Assembly: GCA_964456045.1 (NCBI GenBank) | Contig: CAYWAD010000003.1 | Location: 1 to 46,765 of the forward strand | DNA length: 46,765 bases | Reading direction: 5' to 3' | Source: an uncultured Lachnospiraceae bacterium | Lineage (GTDB): Bacteria > Bacillota > Clostridia > Oscillospirales > CAG-272 | Shown here: positions 38,699 through 46,483 of the stretch, piece by piece | How the letters are laid out: the number at the start of each line of letters is the position of its first letter | Numbering within the stretch: position 1 is the stretch's first letter | Position numbers and translations under genes: made by a program | Notes under the pieces: generated by a model | Seen by the model: only the letters and a program-made list of their open reading frames with translations | What the model was told of the DNA's origin: nothing | Databases searched by the model: none

Positions 38699-39553
38699 TT
38701 AAATTGTTCCGGAAATAACCAAAGTCGAAACTCCGGGTACAACACTGACGATTCCCGTAGCGCTGTCCTGTGTGAAGGTCGCGGCAGGTACGGTTATGCC
38801 ACCCGCAACCGTTGCAAACGCGCCCGTTGTTTCCGAATAGGTGTAGTTTGTCGTCGCGCTCCATGCCTCGCCGTTGAAAGTTACGCTTATTCCCGAAAGC
38901 GCAGGCGTAAAGGTGTCGGTGAGCACACTTCCGTCTGTTGCGTTCAGCGCCGTGTTGCCGTAATTTTCGATCACAAACGTGTAGGTTACAGTTTCGTTGC
39001 TGATGACCGTAGTCGGTTCCATGTGCTTGGTAATCGAAATTAACGGCGCTTCAACCACACTTATCGTCTCGCTGTCCGTTACTGCCGTTGTTGGATCCGT
39101 GATCGTGACAGATGCGGTGTTCGTGATTTGACTGCCTGCGTCAAGCAGCGCATAATCCGTTACCGTCACCTCGTAAACGATTATTACGTTGCCGTTTGCC
39201 GGGACGGTGATGCCGGAAAAAGTGAGCGGCGGACCTGCGGTTACTGTCGGAGACGTGCCCAAAGTACCGTTTGCGTAAAGACGTACCGTGCCGTCTACGT
39301 ATGCCAAAGGATATACCGTTACGGTTCCTACAGTATAGCTACCGAGATCGTCCGTTAACGTTATGCCGGTGTAGGGACTGCCGCTCGAATTGACGAGACT
39401 GACGATATAAGTCAGGTACGAGCCACGTCTGTATGACGTTTGAAGCACGGTTTTTGTCAGCGAAAGCGCCGAAACCAGCTCACCGACAGTGACGTTTGAA
39501 TTTATGATTGTTGAATTGAATGAAAGCTGAGCTTGATTGAGTATTTCTGCCAT
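38699..39553 (-). CDS. Thr/Val-rich DUF11-like Ig-fold repeat protein, no signal peptide
   Basis: Two repeats (LSLTK..LTY....N...LTD; ISITK..VTY....N...LTD), ITNTASV closing strand only in repeat 1; AAGGA RBS. Confidence 0.8.
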   Translation of the reverse strand: MAEILNQAQLSFNSTIINSNVTVGELVSALSLTKTVLQTSYRRGSYLTYIVSLVNSSGSPYTGITLTDDLGSYTVGTVTVYPLAYVDGTVRLYANGTLGTSPTVTAGPPLTFSGITVPANGNVIIVYEVTVTDYALLDAGSQITNTASVTITDPTTAVTDSETISVVEAPLISITKHMEPTTVISNETVTYTFVIENYGNTALNATDGSVLTDTFTPALSGISVTFNGEAWSATTNYTYSETTGAFATVAGGITVPAATFTQDSATGIVSVVPGVSTLVISGTI

Positions 39554-39603
39554 ATTTGAAGTTCCTTTCTTTTTTTGCTGCGCGGATTTTCCTCCGCAGT
39601 AAA

Positions 39604-39631
39604 ATTATATGCGCAAGCGTGACGGCGTGTG
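39604..39631 (-). promoter_or_regulatory. sigma-K-like promoter of the DUF11-like gene
   Basis: Minus strand CACA-N16-CATATAAT, followed by a 5'-UTR hairpin (about 39578-39599). Confidence 0.6.
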
Positions 39632-39644
39632 CCCGAATTTATTC

Positions 39645-39673
39645 TTGAAGCGCAGTACAAAATATGATATAAT
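39645..39673 (+). promoter_or_regulatory. Upstream sigma-A-like promoter
   Basis: TTGAAG-N17-TATAAT with TG. Confidence 0.5.
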
Positions 39674-39766
39674 CGGCATAAAGTCTTTCTCGGACGCTTG
39701 ATTTTCTTTGCACGAAAAATAAAACGAAAAATCTCATAAAATAAGGATTATTTTGTAAAAAAGCTA

Positions 39767-39796
39767 TTGACAAAGCATTTTGTAATGTGCTATAAT
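39767..39796 (+). promoter_or_regulatory. sigma-A promoter of the rplU operon
   Basis: TTGACA-N18-TATAAT with TG. Confidence 0.75.
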
Positions 39797-39799
39797 GAG

Positions 39800-39872
39800 T
39801 AGCCGCTTGCGAGCGGGCTTTTTTAAGTCTGTAATTTTTTCGGTTACGGCGCCTGCCGGCAGCGAGTCTATG
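39800..39872 (+). ncRNA. Ribosomal protein L21 leader (putative)
   Basis: Structured leader between promoter and rplU ending in GGCGCC...GCGAGTC, as I recall for L21 leaders; not checked against the Rfam model. Confidence 0.55.
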
Positions 39873-39891
39873 AGAAAGAGAGGTGCTTTTC

Positions 39892-40203
39892 GTGTACGCA
39901 ATTATCGAAACAGGCGGAAAGCAGTACAAAGTAAGCGAAGGAGAAGTTATCTACGTTGAGCTTCTCGGAGCAAATGAAGGCGACAAATACACCTTTAACA
40001 ATGTTCTTGCTGTTTCCGGCAATGACGGACTTAAGGTAGGTGCTCCTTATGTTGACGGCGCAAGCGTTGAGGCTGATGTGCTCGGCGACGTTAAGGGACA
40101 GAAGATTTACGTTCTCAAGTACAAGGCTAAGAAGAACGAAAAGAAGAAGATGGGTCACAGACAGCCCTATACCAAAGTTCAGATCAGCAAGATCAACGGC
40201 TGA
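39892..40203 (+). CDS. rplU: 50S ribosomal protein L21
   Basis: GTG start after GAGGTG; [20 protein letters not shown]. Confidence 0.97.
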   Translation: MYAIIETGGKQYKVSEGEVIYVELLGANEGDKYTFNNVLAVSGNDGLKVGAPYVDGASVEADVLGDVKGQKIYVLKYKAKKNEKKKMGHRQPYTKVQISKING

Positions 40204-40218
40204 TAGGATCAGAACACC

Positions 40219-40584
40219 GTGACAAAGATTACATTTTTCAAGTCGGGAGATAATTACTACGGCTTTGAAGAAAAAGGACACACCGGCTACGGTGAAGCGG
40301 GAGATGACGTGCTTTGTGCCGCGCTCTCATCAATGACGATGCTCATCATAAACGCGATTGAAGTCGCGTATGCGTCGGAGGTTGATTATATTATCGCCGA
40401 GGATACGGCGGACATCAAGCTTATCGCAAGATGTGCGGTTCCGAGATTTTCGGAGGATGAAAAGCTTCAGTACGCAGTTTCCGGACTTATCAAGGCATAT
40501 TATTATCAGTTAATGGATCTCACCGAGGAATATTATGATTATCTCGATGTGTCCGTTACAGATCTCGATCCGGAGGACGCCTGA
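40219..40584 (+). CDS. prp: Ribosomal-processing cysteine protease Prp
   Basis: GHTGY...G.DVLCAALS His/Cys dyad; lies between rplU and rpmA. Confidence 0.92.
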   Translation: MTKITFFKSGDNYYGFEEKGHTGYGEAGDDVLCAALSSMTMLIINAIEVAYASEVDYIIAEDTADIKLIARCAVPRFSEDEKLQYAVSGLIKAYYYQLMDLTEEYYDYLDVSVTDLDPEDA

Positions 40585-40617
40585 TAAGGCACTTTAGTGA
40601 AAGGAGTATTATTTAAG

Positions 40618-40896
40618 ATGTTAAAGCTCAGTTTGCAGTATTTCGCGCATAAAAAGGGCGTTGGTTCAACAAAGAACGGACGTGACAGCGAATCCAAGAG
40701 ACTTGGACTGAAGCGCGCAGACGGTCAGCACGTGCTGGCAGGTAACATCCTCGTTCGTCAGAGAGGAACACATATTCATCCCGGCGTTAACGTAGGACGC
40801 GGTTCCGACGATACACTTTTCGCTCTTATCGAGGGAAAGGTTAAGTTTGAAACCACAAACGCAGGCAAGAAAAAGGTCAGCGTTTACGCAGAATAA
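40618..40896 (+). CDS. rpmA: 50S ribosomal protein L27 with Prp-cleaved extension
   Basis: [29 protein letters not shown]; start ATG 40618 after AAGGAG. Confidence 0.97.
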   Translation: MLKLSLQYFAHKKGVGSTKNGRDSESKRLGLKRADGQHVLAGNILVRQRGTHIHPGVNVGRGSDDTLFALIEGKVKFETTNAGKKKVSVYAE

Positions 40897-40912
40897 GCTT
40901 ATATTCAACTGT

Positions 40913-40939
40913 AAAAAAGCACCCTTTCGGGTGCTTTTT
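40913..40939 (+). terminator. Intrinsic terminator after rpmA
   Basis: AAAAAAGCACCC-TTTC-GGGTGCTTTTT. Confidence 0.9.
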
Positions 40940-40957
40940 GTTTTGGAAATAATTGTA

Positions 40958-40986
40958 TTGACTGTGTGAACAAAATGTGATATAAT
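40958..40986 (+). promoter_or_regulatory. sigma-A-like promoter
   Basis: TTGACT-N17-TATAAT with TG. Confidence 0.7.
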
Positions 40987-41060
40987 ATGGCAAAATTTCG
41001 CAGGTAAAATTTGCCCATGTGAAAAATTAATATTTTAATTAAACTCCGGAGGAAAAGAAA

Positions 41061-41399
41061 ATGCGTAAAAATATTGCAATTTTGCTGCTCGTTGGCATGC
41101 TTTTCGTTCTTTGTTCCTGCGCCTCTCCCGAAAAGGAAATCATCGGAACTTGGAAAAACCAATCCACGGTACTTGGCGTTGTGGTTGAGACGACGTATAC
41201 CTTCAATGAGGACGGAACCGGCACGGAATCCAGTGTTTTGAGTGTCGATTTCAAGTATTCGTTCGAGGGAGACAAGCTTCTTATTACAACATCCATACTC
41301 GGCTTAGAAAGCACCGAAGAATATTCGTATGAATTCGACGGTGACAAGTTGGTGTTGACCGGCGATGACGAGACCATTGATTTGGAAAAAGTAAAATAA
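41061..41399 (+). CDS. Small lipocalin-like/DUF5640-like lipoprotein
   Basis: Lipobox LCSC; IIGTW, F.EDGTG, internal repeat Y.F.GDKL. Confidence 0.75.
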   Translation: MRKNIAILLLVGMLFVLCSCASPEKEIIGTWKNQSTVLGVVVETTYTFNEDGTGTESSVLSVDFKYSFEGDKLLITTSILGLESTEEYSYEFDGDKLVLTGDDETIDLEKVK

Positions 41400-41413
41400 T
41401 CATTTGAGTGACG

Positions 41414-41462
41414 AGACGGTCATTATTTCGAGCCTTGACAGCTTGATTGATGACCGTCTTTT
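41414..41462 (+). terminator. Long hairpin, probable terminator
   Basis: AGACGGTCATTA / TGATGACCGTCT followed by TTT. Confidence 0.55.
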
Positions 41463-41568
41463 CCGGAAGCGAGCGGTCACGGCATTTGCGGAAAGAAGAT
41501 TATTATCACTAAGAATTTTACAAATATATTGAAGAAACTGATTTATCGAAAATGTTGGGAGGATAATT

Positions 41569-41679
41569 ATGTATAAGCCGAATCCTATTGATACAAGTAA
41601 AATCGAATTGCCGGAGGAGCTTTTAGGAGATTATTATGAACGAAAATGTTTCTGCGGAACTGTTAAGAGAGTCCGGTAA
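41569..41679 (+). pseudogene. Truncated RyR-domain gene (36-aa ORF; only first 19 aa RyR-like)
   Basis: GGAGG RBS; MYKPNPIDTSKIELPEELL matches the Y.P.PIDTS...LP..L start of RyR repeats, then reads into unrelated sequence of the next gene. Confidence 0.7.
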
Positions 41680-42742
41680 GAACAACTTTTTCAACAGTAA
41701 CGGCGATAATAAAAAAAGAGTTGAGGGCTTGAAAGCCTTGATTGAAGCAAAATCTCTCGGAGACCCGGAAGCGACGTATATCGTTGCGCGCCTGGTTCTT
41801 GACGGGGTGCTGAAAGCTCCCGAAACGGATCAGCAAGAGCATGCGTTAACGCTGATGTATTTATCCGCTGACAAAGGATGCATCCAAGCGCGAGCTTTTC
41901 TGAATGCATATTGCGAAAAACGCTATCAAAAGCAGGTGCATTTTATCCGCTCCGACAGCGAGCTTAGGCATCCGTTGGTTGACTTTGACGGTAAACCCAT
42001 CAAGATTAAACGTCAGGGCGTGTTCACTCCGATCGACGCGGTGCTTGAATATAAAGACGGCACAAACACATTAACGTTGAGCACCAATGTAAGTTTTTTG
42101 TATACGGAAGAAATCGTCGATTCGGAAAAATTCGAGCAAGCGGTGTGCGAAGGCATACTTGCTTGGCAGGGCGAGTATGAGGTTTTCGGCGGACAGAAGT
42201 TAACCGTCAAAATTAAGCTTACAAATGACGATAAGATCTTCGATAATCTGTGGATAATGCCGATAACAAATGATTTGAACGAAACCATAAGCTCTTTGAA
42301 CAATGCTGTCGGAATCGGAAAAGGCAAAGAAAGAACTTCAAATATGTTGCGGAATAAGCGTTCTTTTGCTACAAACGGTTTGAAATGGACGGCAAATTCG
42401 CGAAAAATTATTTACCTTCAAAGTCATGACGGTAACTTTGACGATTACGAAGAAATTATGCATGTGACAAAACACGAGTTCGGGCATTCGCTGGGGTTGG
42501 GAGACCTTTACGCAAGCGATGCGGATGCTTTGACGGGAGTGGAAAAAGGAACCTATGCTGAGCTTGACAGCTATGTAATCAAAGATAAATTATATAACTT
42601 GGTTATGTGCGATCATCACGGACCGATCAGCAATAACGACATAGAGATGGTTGTTCTGGCGTTCAGAGAAAACAAAGAACAGCTTTATCAGCCGAGGGGT
42701 TTGAAAGGCAACGCCTCTGCTGCTCTTGGAAATGGAAATTAG
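41636..42742 (+). CDS. SEL1-like repeat plus metzincin-type Zn metalloprotease, cytoplasmic
   Basis: A..LGDPEA.Y and SADKGCIQA helical repeats; HEFGHSLGLGD zinc motif; LVMC Met-turn; no signal peptide. Confidence 0.75.
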   Translation: MNENVSAELLRESGKNNFFNSNGDNKKRVEGLKALIEAKSLGDPEATYIVARLVLDGVLKAPETDQQEHALTLMYLSADKGCIQARAFLNAYCEKRYQKQVHFIRSDSELRHPLVDFDGKPIKIKRQGVFTPIDAVLEYKDGTNTLTLSTNVSFLYTEEIVDSEKFEQAVCEGILAWQGEYEVFGGQKLTVKIKLTNDDKIFDNLWIMPITNDLNETISSLNNAVGIGKGKERTSNMLRNKRSFATNGLKWTANSRKIIYLQSHDGNFDDYEEIMHVTKHEFGHSLGLGDLYASDADALTGVEKGTYAELDSYVIKDKLYNLVMCDHHGPISNNDIEMVVLAFRENKEQLYQPRGLKGNASAALGNGN

Positions 42743-42815
42743 CGTGAAAATCGAACAACACTTTTTCACGCCAGAATTCAATTGAGCCGCATAGCGCGGC
42801 AGAAGGGAAAACAAT

Positions 42816-43277
42816 ATGAAAAACGTTGAAATGTATATTGACAGCTTTAGATTAAAGCTTGAATTGTTCCTAATCGGATGCGATTCAATGGAGGAAATGG
42901 GGCTTTGGAACAAATGCGAACTCGGCGAGATGGATGCGTTTTACTCGAACGATTTGGCGAGCGTTATTATCAGGTTAATTGCCGCCGACGGAAAAATCAC
43001 GCAAAAAGAAGTGGATACTCTTAACGAAACCTTCGGCTTTGACTATACGCTTGAAGAACTGACGGATGTTTATAATTCCTGTGAAGAAGATATTGGACAT
43101 TCGTTTGACGAAAGCTTCGAAAACGGAATTACATATATGCGTAAAATCAATGAAAAGCTTGCAGATGCATATAAAGAGCTTCTTTATTTGATTTGCGAGA
43201 TTATCATCGAAAGCGACGGAATGATTTCCGAATCGGAGGTCGCCGAGGTGAAGCGACTTAAGGCAATGTGCGAGTGA
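42816..43277 (+). CDS. TerB-like domain protein
   Basis: IAADGKITQKE and IESDGMISESE duplicated DG....E motifs; acidic. Confidence 0.75.
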   Translation: MKNVEMYIDSFRLKLELFLIGCDSMEEMGLWNKCELGEMDAFYSNDLASVIIRLIAADGKITQKEVDTLNETFGFDYTLEELTDVYNSCEEDIGHSFDESFENGITYMRKINEKLADAYKELLYLICEIIIESDGMISESEVAEVKRLKAMCE

Positions 43278-43353
43278 ATCCCAAATAAACTGAATTCTCG
43301 CAAATCAGCACTTTGCGATTTGTAAAGGATTGGTTAAAATCAAGGTGAATAAT

Positions 43354-44091
43354 ATGCAGGAAGAAAACAAAATTACAGCCGAAAAAATAAAGGAAATTCT
43401 TTTGAACTCCGAGTATGCTGTGTTCTTCGGCGGCGCCGGGGTGTCTACGGACAGCGGCATTCCGGATTTTCGCGGAGAAAACGGTCTTTACAGTTCCGAA
43501 GATGAATCGATCGAATACTATTTGAGCAGACATTGCTTGGTTCGCGAACCCGATAAATTTTTTGAATTTTTCAAAAACAATATGTTTTTTGAAAATTTCG
43601 AGCCCAACGACACGCATTTTGCGTTGGCAGAGCTGGAAAAGCGCGGCATAATAAAAGCTGTGATTACCCAAAATATTGACGGGCTTCATCAAAAAGCGGG
43701 CAGTGAACGCGTAATCGAGGTTCACGGTACGGCAAAGAAATTTTATTGTGTAAGTTGCGGAAAAGAATACAACAGCGAAATACTGTTCGAGCAGGACGGC
43801 GTCCCTCGCTGTGACGCGTGCGGCGCGCTTGTTCGTCCCGACGTTACACTTTACGGCGAACCCTTGGAAGGCTCAAGCTATGCGGAGGCTGAGGAAGAAA
43901 TATATAACGCTGACGTACTGATAGTCGGCGGTTCGTCTCTGACGGTTGAACCTGCGGCATCGTTAATTGACATATTTACGGGCGAGCATTTGATTATTAT
44001 CAACTATTCGCCGACAAAGTACGACGGCGTAGCGGAATACGTGATCAGAGATTCTTTGTCGGACGTTTTTAGTTACTTGGCAGAGGAATAA
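43354..44091 (+). CDS. Sirtuin, NAD-dependent protein deacylase (CobB-like)
   Basis: GAGVSTDSGIPDFRG, TQNIDGLH, HG, CxxC..CxxC, GSSL.V.PAA; start ATG 43354 after AAGGTG. Confidence 0.93.
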   Translation: MQEENKITAEKIKEILLNSEYAVFFGGAGVSTDSGIPDFRGENGLYSSEDESIEYYLSRHCLVREPDKFFEFFKNNMFFENFEPNDTHFALAELEKRGIIKAVITQNIDGLHQKAGSERVIEVHGTAKKFYCVSCGKEYNSEILFEQDGVPRCDACGALVRPDVTLYGEPLEGSSYAEAEEEIYNADVLIVGGSSLTVEPAASLIDIFTGEHLIIINYSPTKYDGVAEYVIRDSLSDVFSYLAEE

Positions 44092-44115
44092 ACAAATCAA
44101 GTCGGAGGATATAAA

Positions 44116-44592
44116 ATGGAAAAAATCGCGAGTTTTACTGTTGACCATATAAAATTGCAGCCGGGGTTGTATGTGTCGCGCAAGGATAAAATCGGAGAGG
44201 AAACGGTTACAACGTTTGACTTGCGTCTCACAAGCCCGAACGAGGAGCCCGTGATGAACACAGCCGAGGTTCATACGATTGAACATCTGGCGGCTACGTA
44301 TCTGCGAAACGAGCCGAACTGGAAAGAGCGCGTGCTTTATTTCGGTCCGATGGGATGTCGCACCGGATTTTATTTGCTCTTATCGGGCGATCTCACAAGC
44401 CGCGAGGCTTTGCCGCTCGTGCGTGATTGCTTTTTGTTCATACGCGACTTTTACGGTGAGGTTCCCGGCGCGTCCGCCATGGATTGCGGCAACTACTTGG
44501 ATATGAACTTGCCTATGGCGCGCTACTGGGGCGCACGTTACAGCGAACTTTTGGGAAACATCACGGAGGATCGTTTGGTTTATCCGGATTGA
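44116..44592 (+). CDS. luxS: S-ribosylhomocysteine lyase
   Basis: SFTVDH, FDLR, HTIEH, GPMGCRTGFY, CGNY. Confidence 0.96.
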   Translation: MEKIASFTVDHIKLQPGLYVSRKDKIGEETVTTFDLRLTSPNEEPVMNTAEVHTIEHLAATYLRNEPNWKERVLYFGPMGCRTGFYLLLSGDLTSREALPLVRDCFLFIRDFYGEVPGASAMDCGNYLDMNLPMARYWGARYSELLGNITEDRLVYPD

Positions 44593-44608
44593 AACATTGG
44601 AGGAAGAT

Positions 44609-45331
44609 ATGAGAGAAGATATGATAAAACTCGGAATTATCGGCGCGATGCAGATCGAAGTTGAAACGCTGGTTGAAAACCTTGAAAACAAATCGAAACG
44701 TACTATCGCCGGAAGCACATATTATGAAGGCGTGCTGAACGGGCTTAATGTTGTTGTCGTTCAGTGCGGTGTGGGCAAGGTAAACGCCGCTATGTGTGCG
44801 CAGACTTTGTGCACCGTTTACGCCGTTACGCATCTTGTAAATACCGGCGTTGCAGGCTCTTTGTGCAATTTACTTGACATCGGCGACTTGCTCATCAGCA
44901 CGGATGCCATGTATCACGATTTTGACTGCTGTGCAGTCGGTTATCCTGTCGGCAAGGTTCCCGGTATGGACGTGATCGCATTCCCGGCGGACGAAACACT
45001 TGGTGCTATGGCGTATGTTGCGGCGGAAATCGTAAACCCCGGACATACGAAGTTCGGCAGAGTTGCCAGCGGCGACCAATTTGTGTGCAGTAAAGATCAA
45101 AAGGAGAAGATCATCTCCGTGACCGAGGCTCAATGCACGGAAATGGAGGGGGCAGCCATCGCCCATACCGCGTATCGTAACGGCGTGCCGTTTGCCATTC
45201 TTCGCGCGATTTCGGATAAAGCGGACGACAGCGCGGAAATGGACTATCCCACATTTGAAAAGATCGCGGCGAATCGCTGCGCGGCCGTGACAATGGAACT
45301 GGCAAGCCAGCTTGCGAGACAGTTCGAATAA
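44609..45331 (+). CDS. mtnN: 5'-methylthioadenosine/SAH nucleosidase (Pfs)
   Basis: GIIGAM, GVGKVNAA, SGDQF, EMEGAA, RAISDKAD; ATG 44609 after GGAGG (alternative 44621). Confidence 0.95.
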   Translation: MREDMIKLGIIGAMQIEVETLVENLENKSKRTIAGSTYYEGVLNGLNVVVVQCGVGKVNAAMCAQTLCTVYAVTHLVNTGVAGSLCNLLDIGDLLISTDAMYHDFDCCAVGYPVGKVPGMDVIAFPADETLGAMAYVAAEIVNPGHTKFGRVASGDQFVCSKDQKEKIISVTEAQCTEMEGAAIAHTAYRNGVPFAILRAISDKADDSAEMDYPTFEKIAANRCAAVTMELASQLARQFE

Positions 45332-45346
45332 CACTGAAAAACAATG

Positions 45347-45376
45347 AAAAAGGTATGATTTTAATCATACCTTTTT
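45347..45376 (+). terminator. Intrinsic terminator after mtnN
   Basis: AAAAAGGTATGATT-TT-AATCATACCTTTTT. Confidence 0.85.
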
Positions 45377-45473
45377 GCTTTTATAAATTTTTTCACTTTG
45401 ATGATTAAATCGGCTTGTTTCGGGGAAATACTTTATTGAATGCAAATCGAGGCTAATGATCGGAGTGATATGA

Positions 45474-46100
45474 ATGAATACGGCGAGATACGAATTAAAA
45501 TCAACGGTATTTTTCAAAGGGCGCAAAGCGTACCTGACCGCAAAACGAATGCTCGACGTACTTTTTGCAGTGGCGGCGATCGCCTTGCTTTTTGTCCCGA
45601 TGGTTGTTATCGCAGTTTCGGTCAAGCTTGACTCTCCCGGTCCGATAATTTTCACTCAAAAGCGAGTGGGGAAGGGTGGCAAGGAGTTTACCATATACAA
45701 ATTCCGCACGATGTATGTCGATGCGCCGAATAATGTTGCCGCGCGCGAAATTGCCGAGCTTTCGCGGTACGTTACGAAAACGGGCGCGTTTTTGCGCCGT
45801 ACAAGCCTTGATGAGCTTCCGCAGCTTTGGAACATACTTCGCGGAGAGATGAGCTTCGTCGGCTACCGTCCGATCTGCCCGGAAGAAAAAAAGATAAACG
45901 AGCTTCGCAAGCGCGCAGGCGTTTTTATCCTTTATCCCGGAATGACGGGACTCGCGCAAATCAACGGCAGGGACGCGATAACCGCCGAAGAAAAGGCGCG
46001 TTTGGATCTGAGATACGTTAATGAATGTTCGCTTAAAACGGATGTTTACTGCGTTTTGAAAACCGTCGCAACGGTGATAAGCGGAAAGGGGTCAAACTGA
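45474..46100 (+). CDS. Initiating phosphoglycosyl transferase (Bac_transf family)
   Basis: KRMLD, KFRTM, SLDELPQLWNILRGEMSFVG.RP, PGMTGLAQING. Confidence 0.92.
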   Translation: MNTARYELKSTVFFKGRKAYLTAKRMLDVLFAVAAIALLFVPMVVIAVSVKLDSPGPIIFTQKRVGKGGKEFTIYKFRTMYVDAPNNVAAREIAELSRYVTKTGAFLRRTSLDELPQLWNILRGEMSFVGYRPICPEEKKINELRKRAGVFILYPGMTGLAQINGRDAITAEEKARLDLRYVNECSLKTDVYCVLKTVATVISGKGSN

Positions 46101-46111
46101 CCCCTTTCTCG

Positions 46112-46456
46112 TTATTTTCTGTGGTATGTGTAGTAGGCGATTATTGTTCGTTCTTTGCCGTCATGCTCGATGTCGGGCGCTGTGAGCACAACGCCGTCTC
46201 CGGAAAGAAGCTGCCATGCGGAAAGCTCCGGGATCTTGCATCTGAAAATGACGTCCGAACTTGCGTAAACAAGAAATTCGTCCTGATCCGGCTTGACTAT
46301 GAGCGCACCGTCCTTGCCGATAACGTCGTCGTTGTCGTTTCTGCGCTCCGTGACGTATTTTATGTGCAAGCCGTCAAGCTCCTTGGCGAAATCACGCCTG
46401 TAACGCGGACTGTTTTCGTTTTTGCTCTTTGTCCAGACCTTAATAAACTTGAACAT
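46112..46456 (-). CDS. Hypothetical protein
   Basis: 114-aa ORF with GGAG RBS, directly downstream of trpS on the same strand. Confidence 0.75.
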   Translation of the reverse strand: MFKFIKVWTKSKNENSPRYRRDFAKELDGLHIKYVTERRNDNDDVIGKDGALIVKPDQDEFLVYASSDVIFRCKIPELSAWQLLSGDGVVLTAPDIEHDGKERTIIAYYTYHRK

Positions 46457-46483
46457 AGGGTTTCTCCGTGCGAAATTTCAGTC

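Noticed and set aside
40597-40647. N-terminal extension on L27
   Set aside because: Known Firmicute feature removed by the adjacent Prp protease; not novel.
42742-43335. Inverted repeats after the protease (GCGTGAAAA/TTTTCACGC) and TerB (TCGCAAA/TTTGCGA) genes as integron attC sites
   Set aside because: No RYYYAAC/GTTRRRY ends, the two are unrelated, and there is no integrase; probably mRNA hairpins.
43354-44091. Sir2 as a Thoeris/DSR-type NADase effector
   Set aside because: It has the canonical deacylase layout with Zn ribbon and no fused sensor domain.
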